DNA of 58,186 bases, counting the filler, from Dugesia japonica (Eukaryota): assembly GCA_001938525.1 (NCBI GenBank). It is 5 parts of 5 records of this genome, joined end to end, with 100 filler letters (N's around TTAATTAATTAA, not from the genome) between each part and the next. Parts side by side here need not be neighbours in the genome. Positions count along the whole stretch, not along the records: positions 40,483 to 49,762 come from MQRL01295556.1; positions 49,863 to 58,186 come from MQRL01553293.1; 3 more parts are not named here. One strand, written 5' to 3'. The notes under the pieces are model-generated. The model was given only the letters and a program-made list of their open reading frames with translations. It was not told the origin of the DNA and searched no databases. Of the stretch, positions 49,400 to 58,186 are shown one piece after another. A program made the position numbers and the translations under genes. How positions within the stretch are numbered: position 1 is the stretch's first letter; each line of letters begins with the position of its first letter.

Positions 49400-50510
49400 G
49401 TTTTAATTGAAGTGGACATTCCCATTTTATGTGACGATCTTTATTACAGTTCCAACACAATACAGTCATTTTACACTAGTATTATCTCGTAGATCTCTTC
49501 CATAATTCTGTCTTTCTCTTCGTCTTATTTCGTAATCTAAATTTTCTGGTTGTCTCCTGAGATCGTCTGCCTCCTTTCTTTTCTTTAATTACTTCTGCGA
49601 AGCTCATGACATTTTCAGACTCCTTATTATTCCTTAAGTTATCCAAAAGTTTCAAGGTCTTTTTCATTTCTTCAAACCTTTTGCATTTTACTCAAAAGTA
49701 CTTGTTTAACTCTTTTTTTCTCGGTACATTGTACCAATAGTTAAGCCGTTAATTTTTCTTTGNNNNNNNNNNNNNNNNNNNNNNNNNNNNNNNNNNNNNN
49801 NNNNNNTTAATTAATTAANNNNNNNNNNNNNNNNNNNNNNNNNNNNNNNNNNNNNNNNNNNNTAACTGTTGATACAGATTGTGCATAGAACGTTCGATTT
49901 AGTCTTTTAACGGTTGCCAAGTATATAATTTTAAAAGTACTCAACTCAAAAGCGAATTCATTCACCGACTCTCCTTCATTTTTTACTCGATTATAGAATT
50001 TGTTTCTCATAATTCTACCCACATCTTCACTAACTAATTTTTCGGCTAATGCATCTTTATAATGTGCCCAAGTATCCAATTGCTGAGCCTCTAACTGACA
50101 GTAAGCATCTCTAGCAGCTCCTTTTAGATATAATGGCAATTAAATTACAATAATTCTTTCTGGCCATCCATAGGCTTTACTATACATATAATAATCTCGC
50201 ATAAAATCCACGAAATTTATGGCATCTCCATATTGTGATACAGACAACTTTTGACAATTTGTTCCATTAATTACATTATTATTTTCAATATCCTTGAAAT
50301 TTCTCTCCATGTTGCTGACGTCTTCAATTTTTATTTCTCTGCTCCTTAAATTGTACTGCCGCCTACCAATTACATTATTATCTTCAATATCATTTGAAAT
50401 TTCTCTCCATGTTGCTGACGTCTTCAATTTTTATTTCTCTACTCCTTAAATTGTACTGCCGTTCACCGAATAATGGTTTTTTGTGTTTCTCTGGCACTGG
50501 AATTTGTCAG
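49400..50510 (-). mobile_element. Ty3/Gypsy gag pseudogene, spanning an assembly join
   Basis: YSKAYGWPE; LPLYLKGAARDAY..TWAHYKDAL..FYNRVKNEGESVNEFAFEL; knuckle CWNCNKDRHIKWEC at about 49415-49457; internal duplication of about 100 bp at 50270-50461 (RQYNLRS). Confidence 0.87.
49763..49862. other. Artificial assembly spacer
   Basis: 44 N + TTAATTAATTAA + 44 N. Confidence 0.97.
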
Positions 50511-50560
50511 ATAAGAATTTGGTAAAACTTTTGATCTACTTCAGAATTTTTCTGTGTTCT

Positions 50561-51010
50561 AGTTCGGGCTCACCAGTTGTTGTGTTGCCGATTCCACAAA
50601 ATTAAATTTAAGTGCGTCTACAGAATAGACGTAAATAATCGATTACCCAACTTTAGAAAAATCTTTGTCCACAGAAATACAAACTCGAAAATCCACAAAG
50701 TTTTATTTGAACAAAATACACCAATTATTAAAAGATAAATCTTAGACCAATTTAGCTAATTTTTGCAAAATTACATTCGTTTATATATGCTAATCATACA
50801 CACCAAACATCAAATTCACAAAGAGAAAAATCTAATAAAATGTTTTAACAAATTATAATCAATCCAAAAATTCTTGCACTCATGACTCTACCAATGAAAC
50901 ATTGACAAATACAAAATTTCGAGATAATTCTGTATTCGCAAATCTACCAATAAAAATGATTTTGCCATGCTGATCACCAATTATCGTCAACTTAGTATCG
51001 CCGCACGTCA
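50561..51010 (-). promoter_or_regulatory. Candidate 5' LTR plus primer-binding site of the gag element
   Basis: On the minus strand: TATA (catatataaac, about 50785), AATAAA (about 50705), end ...CACAACA, 2 nt, then TGGTGAGCCCGAACT directly upstream of gag. Outer LTR edge not determined. Confidence 0.55.
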
Positions 51011-53479
51011 ACTTTCTCTAAAACGAAACAAATGAGAGGTTCAGGATCTACTCCGTAAAATTTTAAATTGATTCTATTTTCAAAAATAATTGTCAGAAAC
51101 CATAATTTACTTTAATTTTAAAATTTGATAAATTTTGCTAAGTGTTTAGATTATTATTTAATCAATTGAAGTTTGCTTCATATTTGTTAAACTGTGGATC
51201 ATTTATTGAATGGCTTCTCCCCATTTTGCTTTTTATTTTACGAGTCTATTTTCATCTATCGCTATTACTCGTCCATATCATTAAATAATATTATATGTTT
51301 TGCCGCTTTTCAAATTCAAATAAATATTTTTGTTGTAAAAAAAATTTTTAATTTACATGATCACTCGGGATAATCAATATTCATTCATAAATTTTACAGT
51401 TTCATAAATTGTATTCACTATATACATTAAAATACAACTTCACAGTATTTACATAATTTTACTACTAATTACTGATATGTATTATTGAGCCTTTGTTTAG
51501 GGCCTGCCAGATATGTAGCTATTTTAATACTTTGNNNNNNNNNNNNNNNNNNNNNNNNNNNNNNNNNNNNNNNNNNNNNNNNNNNNNNNNNNNNNNNNNN
51601 NNNNNNNNNNNNNNNNNNNNNNNNNNNNNNNNNNNNNNNNNNNNNNNNNNNNNNNNNNNNNNNNNNNNNNNNNNNNNNNNNNNNNNNNNNNNNNNNNNNN
51701 NNNNNNNNNNNNNNNNNNNNNNNNNNNNNNNNNNNNNNNNNNNNNNNNNNNNNNNNNNNTAGTTTGATTCCGGTTAAACTAACCCAATAAATTTCCTTTT
51801 TCTATTGTCTTTCTTATCTTTTCTAAAAACTTCTTAGTGATACAAGTGATATTGTTATAACTTCATTGATGTTGATTCCAAAATCATATTGTGCCCAGTA
51901 TTTAGAAATATCTCTCAATTTCGGATAAAGTTTTTCAAGTAGATCAATAAATATTTCTAAATGTATGTTAACTAAATCATTAGAATTAAAAATTAATATT
52001 ACTTCGATCGAATACATTGCTTTAAGTTTCTAAAAGATTGATGCTTTTATCATGCATCTTTTTATCGATAACATTTTCATTTATTTCACTTTCCATAGCT
52101 GCCTCTAAACTTCTTTGACATTCTTTAACATCCATCGCCTCTTCTTCAGTATTGATATTCTCCGAAATATCTAAGTTAGAGATTTTTTCAATAAGTTCCT
52201 CTACAATGCTCATTTTCAAAATTTACCTAAATTACAAAAAGATTTCGTATATATATGTTTTGCTAACCAATTCAATTGATTCAATAACGCGCACAGTTAT
52301 ATTCTAACATCATTCAACCAATACGAATATCACACATGTATACATCGAAACAAAGAACAACCATTAAGAATATTGCTCACCAACTGCATATCAATTGTTC
52401 AGGCAATGATGACGAGCTTGAATTCGTTGGACAAACGCAGAATATTAATATCCTGACTCCATTTTGATAACAATCGATATAGAATTAAAAGCTACCAAAA
52501 TGTTATCTAACAAACTGATAAAGATATCCTCCTTCCCCATTTGGATTTTCTTTTTGAATAGGATCATCACTATCATATCTATAAATAAAAAGACAATTAG
52601 TATTCAAAAAACAAAATTAAAATATCTATCTTTTTCATGAGTACAATCCTCCTCTTCCTCGGATTCTGTCAAGAGGTATTTATGACAAAATTCTTCCTTT
52701 TTTACTTCAAACATTTTTCTTTCTTAAAAATTAACTGATTAAAATGAAATATGTAGAGCAATATATACAGTTTTCTATTTAAAACTTTCTACCAATTGAA
52801 ATCGATCAATGAAAAGCAAGTAATTATCAAACAAGGAAATACCTTTTTATACTTGTATTCATATTGCATGACTATGCATTATGTTGTTAAATTAATCAAT
52901 TAAATACAAATCTGAAATTATATTATCTACATATCCTTGGTAGTGTAAATTCTTTATACCGAGTATTACAATTTTTCCTTATGAAAATACGTTTACACAT
53001 ACAGGATCATACTTTGNAAGTCCTAATGCAGGAAACAAATCTGGTTCAAACCAACATTTTGTTATTTTTGCTAATTTATACAAATTAATTACTTGCCTCA
53101 AATTGATTACAATTGTTAATGATTGCAAACGAATGTCTTTAATATTGTTGGGGTGAAACACCCGGACCGTAAAGAAAAGTGGGAGCCAGGGGCCCAAATC
53201 ATAAAATAATGAAGAAGGGGTTGAAAAGAAAAATTGATTAGGAATACGTATCTTTCGACTGAACATTATAATAATTATACTAATAAAAAGATCAGTAAGA
53301 AAGGTAAATGGTAGAAAGAAAAAATCAGATAAATAAATTCAACCCGGATCAATTTTAATAATTAAAGAAAATTATAATTTATTAAGAAAAAACAAGAAAA
53401 TTATTATTGGAAAAAAATTAATTAGCAGGAAAAAATAAATTAATTTTAGCCAAAAAAGAAGTTAAATTAGACAAAATTC

Positions 53480-54220
53480 AGTTTTTGAAAGATATCTTTG
53501 CTCTAGAAAATCGCAAGAGGATCTAGCAAAAGAATCTGAAGAGGAAATGATACGGGGCAATATGATTTTGCAACAGGAAAACTTTACGATTACCAGGAGG
53601 GTCTTGAGAAGGTTTCAAAGATGCAACCAATCATGAGCCAGAAAAGAAACATAAAACAAAGAAATAAAAAATCACAAGCTGCTCCAAAAATAGGCACCAA
53701 TAATGCAATAGAAAATTTTTAGAATTTTAGACAAAACCCCAATCAGGAACCAAGAAAGTCAAAACAAAACTAGACACCCAATACGAAAGAAGTTGGGGTG
53801 CGAAGAAAATCGTATAAAAGGATCCGTAAATTTTAGTGAAAAACAAAAACTTTTAATTCTGAAAAAAATAACTAACATAGTTCACCTACTGATTACCTTA
53901 TATCAAATTAATAGGAGAATCCTTGGAAAATTAACGACTGAACAACATTCACACGTGGAACAATAGCACGAAATTCTAAAAAGAAAAAAAATCATATTAT
54001 TAACCAGACGGTGGAAAATCTAAACAGTGAACTAAGTAGAATCTATTATATTTTAACTAGAAATAATTTTGTGAATCAAGGAAAAAAGAAGAAATTGCCT
54101 AACAAATTATTCGGTTACCTAATTTCAACAATTACCCGTTGCAGGAATATCACCTTCGAATTTCATTGTAAATTTTCTATTCTACTCATATGTTGTAGAA
54201 TATTTTTAATTGTCGTGTAA
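53480..54220 (+). mobile_element. Probable Merlin/ISXO2-like transposase remnant
   Basis: Ordered degenerate motifs APKIG..E, TD..PYIKL, an H.T.N.S..F-like block, NQTVENLNSELSR and LFGYL resemble KIGG..VEIDE / TD..Y..L / H.TVNHS..F / TQ.IE..W..LK / L..YL. Confidence 0.45.
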
Positions 54221-54559
54221 TAATAAATGTTCAGAAAATTGAACAGTAATATAAATCATTATTAAAATTATCAAATAAAAGAAATGAAATAACTATTTTA
54301 TTCAGTAAAGCACTCACCAATTCCAACTAGTACACATAAATCCAAGTCATAATGAATTGATGATCACAAATAAGTTCGGAACTATAATTCCAGAATTTGG
54401 GGAAATATTCATAGATAGAATCGGATGTTTTGTTCAATCGATAAATAAGAGAAGATATTCCCCAGCTTCTCAATAAAATCTAGTATTAAATTTTTTTTGT
54501 GAACTGCAATTCTGGCACATGATAACTTTAGGTTGTCTCATATTGTCACATACATACTA

Positions 54560-54835
54560 GCAGAAAAATCAACCGCTTTTTAGTAGAAATGTCAGTTCTG
54601 ACTCATTTAAAATTTGCACTGGATAGAGTATGCATTGCAGTAAAAAATGCGATATCCCATACACTAACAGACAATGCTCGTGAATCTGTCATCAAATTGT
54701 TATCATCACTCATGTCGTCATTCCAGTGAGAATAAAAGGAGATAATCTTGCTTTAGTCGATAACTTCGTCATGACTAACTAATTCCATTAGTAGTAGGAT
54801 GCTAGCGCATTGTAAAAGCACCCACCACCCCATCC
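54560..54835 (-). pseudogene. Possible OTU-like cysteine protease remnant
   Basis: GWGGGCFYNALAS at about 54800-54835 resembles the OTU catalytic motif GDGNCFYRAxS; the rest is degraded. Confidence 0.25.
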
Positions 54836-55419
54836 TTGTTTTATAAATTTCTCAACCAAAACCTATCGTATGGTCATGAAATTTTATTTGAAATTCTAGA
54901 TTTTTCCAGTAAATATTGAATTTTAATGATTTTTATAATATAAATTTTGATTTTCTTTTAAAAAATAATTGTTAACAAACTAATTACTCTGAAAAAACTA
55001 AAATAATAATAAAATTACATTGATAAAAAATTAAAACTATTAAAATATTGCTATTGAAGGCACATGTAAAATTTAAATTTTCAAAAATTTTTAAAATTTA
55101 TAAAGTAAATTTATTGACAACAATGATGAGAAAAACTATGTAAAAAAACCTTACACTTATTAAATCTTTCTAATAAAATAAGAAAACTTATAAAATAACA
55201 AAATATACACGTCAATTAAATAACAATAATTTATTTAACACAAATATCGGCTCGATTATATTTTGACTGGGTTGTATTTCGGTTGGATAACATTGATACT
55301 ATAAAATAAACACAATAAATTACTGGAATAATAATAAATCAAATAATTTACTTTTATTCGCTGATTTGAATGGGAAATTTGAACCGATACAAAGTACTAT
55401 GTAGCAGGTAATGTATGAT

Positions 55420-57828
55420 GATCATATGCTTTGCTTATGTTCTTATCTATCCACACTTTTTGTCGTCATTACTTTTAAGAGCTAATTTGAACTCATAAAA
55501 CTAAAAAGCTGGTGGTTTATAGACCCTATTCTAAATTGATTAACTAAAACTATTATTTTCGTTGTAGCAATCAAGATATGACTGATGTGTTATGCCTGTA
55601 TTTTTCCAATGATATTCCATTAGCTTTCATGCTAGCTTTTTCCTTGAGAAGACTATAACATTTTGATCTGAGGAAATATCCCTTCTTTATATATTTCACC
55701 TTTACTCTCATCAACTACTGAATTCAGGTCTATGTTATAAAGAGGATCACTTGTTTTATAGTTTAATGTATCCAATAATCTATCTTTTACCATTAACTCC
55801 AACAATTAATCCAGTTTAATATCCTTAACCTCTAAAAGAAAACTGTCAGTATATCACCAGCTACTATATTTATCACACATTTCTTCTCTCTTCGATACTT
55901 TTCAAGCTTCACATACTGTAATTGATACATTCTTAGTTTACTCAGATCGAGTACAGTCTGTCCAATGTAGCTGGGTCGATCCAAACATATCACCTCCTTG
56001 TTGAGTTGAGCAGCTATTAAATCGTTGTCTATTTTTATTGTTCTTCTAAAATTCGGTGTAGAAGTGTAAGTAATCAACTTTTTGGCAGAATAACAAATCC
56101 TCAGGTTAATTCTTTTCTTTAAATTTTCTACAATTTTTCCATATAGACTATTATTTAATAGCTTGTAGTAGTTCTTCTCCAATTCGGTTTACTGTGTGAT
56201 CTTAGCTCTTTATTCATATCTATGTATTTTTTAAATATGTTAGCCTGACTAAACGTTTACAGCTTTATGTACCTTTGTCACTTGCACACCTAATTGTAGG
56301 TACATCTGCAAGAGCCTCCAGTGAACTACATAATTCTTCTTTGGGTAATGTGTTAAGAGTAATTTCTGCTACCGGTAGATCATCCAAATAATTATGTAAC
56401 TCATTACGAATTACAACATCAACCTCTAGTACATATCCATATGACAACGAAACCAAGTCCATTCTCCTACAATCTTCGAATATTTCATCCAATCAGAATG
56501 TACCCACACAGAATCTTTGTATGGCAACTTTTCACTTAATGCCCACCCATTCAAATTATTAATATCAATTTACAGAAGCTCTGTATTTTCATCAGATTTA
56601 ACATGATGCTTTATGACAAAAGTGAGTCCTCTTCTGATTCCTCCTACAAAAAACGTGTACATGTCATTATCTGTTAATAATTGTATAGGCTCATCAAGTG
56701 TCAACAGTGCAGATGCCCAACTCATCCCCGGAATACCAAAGAAATTCAATGGTTCTAATCAATTATTTTCCAACGATTTTTGATAAAATTGTTGGAAAAC
56801 GTCAGCCAACAAAAAGATATCCAACTTTAAATATATCATCATATAATCTAACAAGTTATTACATCCGGTAATTTCCCACATTTTTAATGCTTTCGCGTAT
56901 GATTCTTTACTCAATTCATTTCATCTCGGTGGCATGCTTGTTGTTTCTTCTAATATTTCCAAACTGGTGGCAAAGTTATATGGAAATATTCCCTTTGATG
57001 AAATTATCCGACTATCATTAAACTCTTTTGTTGTTAACGGTGTTGTTTGTATTGATTTTACAGCTGCATCTAACGATGAGTTGATAAATTGATAAGAATC
57101 AATAAATCTGATGGTAGCTGATCTCTTTTGATTAACCATGAGAGAGAAATTTCTCACTGGTTGTATGTATACATTTTATTTCCCAATTTGAAAATCTACA
57201 AAGTCTATACTTGAGAATATGATGTAGATCATATCCTCTGATATTATGAAAAACCACTGGTAACTGCTTATAAATTTTACTGTTTATATTACAACTATTG
57301 CATTCAGCACCCTTATATTCCACTGTAAAGTGATCATGATCATGAACTGGCTGAACTATTGATTTTCTACATAAATAGAATGTGTTAGCGGTAGAAAATG
57401 CAATTTCTTGGGCAGGAGTTATTATCATTTTCTTATTCCAATGTTCCAAATAGTAAGGATATACTACATTATTAGTAATATATTCCACTTCTTCTAAAAA
57501 CTCGAAAACACAGTCATTACCGATAAATTGATTGTATTTAGTCTCATTTGTGTAGTTGTTTACCAACAGTAGTCCAGCTGAAAATGTCAGATGTTTCTGA
57601 TGATAAATCGGTTCCTTTGGCAAAACTGATTCAAAATCAGCATATAAGACAAATGGTGTAGTTATCATCTTTAAAAAATCCTTGAACTCCAAATTAGGAT
57701 TTGTTAGCGTATTGCACATTGTCGTACCAGTTTGAATTTTATTGCAAAGTGGTTCATGTGTCTCAAAATAATTTTCACTATAAAATCCGTTGAAACCATT
57801 TGGACGCCAAATTGACTGAATTCGCACA
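55420..57828 (-). pseudogene. Protein-primed family B DNA polymerase (pPolB), endonuclease-VII-containing Polinton type
   Basis: PFVLYADFESVL; VHDHDHFTVEYKGAECNSCNIN (EndoVII/HNH); PVVFHNIRGYDLH; IRFIDSYQF; KGIFPY; YLKLDIFLLADVF; IDINNLNGWALSEKLP; YKLLNNSLYGK.VEN; IGQTVLDLSKLRMY; GD.TDSF; FLRSKCYS; NDDK. Confidence 0.95.
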
Positions 57829-58186
57829 AGTAGGGGGATAGAAGCACACGGGCCCCACTCACATAGCGCTGGGCGGAACCCCCCCCGGGGGCTCGGAAAC
57901 ACATTACGTTGAGCTGCGTTTTTTTAAATCGATAATTATTGATTATCGATTTTTGATCTGATTGATTATTGATTTTTGATCTGATCTTTTTTTTTGATCG
58001 GCTTAGATTTTTTTGATCGGATCAATTTTTTTTGATCGGATCAGTTTTTTTTATCTTTTTTTTACCTTTTTTTAAATCTTTTTTTTACCTTTTTTTTTTA
58101 CCTTTTTATTAGGAGTGAATTTTTTTTAATTGTTTTTTTTTGTTTTAATAATTAAAATTTTTTGTTTAAATTAATGTAGTCTTTTT
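57829..58186 (+). mobile_element. Element terminus starting AGTAG, inserted in or abutting pPolB; probable Polinton TIR
   Basis: Homologous to 40188-40382 starting exactly at AGTAG; poly-C/poly-G palindrome; tttttgatc(gg/tg)atc subterminal repeats. Confidence 0.65.

Noticed and set aside
57829-57902. N-terminus MFPSPRGGFRPALCEWGP of the 256-aa ORF
   Set aside because: Derived from the inserted terminal repeat, not from the polymerase.

Overview
Very AT-rich eukaryotic (metazoan, invertebrate-like) DNA dominated by decayed mobile elements. It is split by four artificial 100-bp joins (44 N + TTAATTAATTAA + 44 N) and several plain N gaps. The only convincing intact host gene is a quiver/sleepless-like Ly6 three-finger protein (47852-48346, with a probable 45-nt intron). 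Two different Polinton/Maverick (adintovirus-like) protein-primed DNA polymerase pseudogenes are present. The first (about 20.1-24.1 kb) has an OTU-like N-terminus, an embedded Vsr-like nuclease and unusually large Cys/His-rich insertions, and sits next to typical Polinton accessory ORFs. The second (about 55.4-57.8 kb) is the endonuclease-VII type and is cut by an AGTAG-starting terminal repeat that recurs at 40.2 kb. Other content: two Ty3/Gypsy gag remnants (one with three CCHC knuckles, one with a candidate LTR/PBS), Penelope-like GIY-YIG remnants, many hAT elements and MITEs (including hAT nested in hAT), mariner, a Tc1/IS630-like element, probable Merlin-like remnants, a higher-order minisatellite and several orphan ORFs. 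No rRNA, tRNA or CRISPR features were seen. All calls come from motif recognition by eye; no searches were run.
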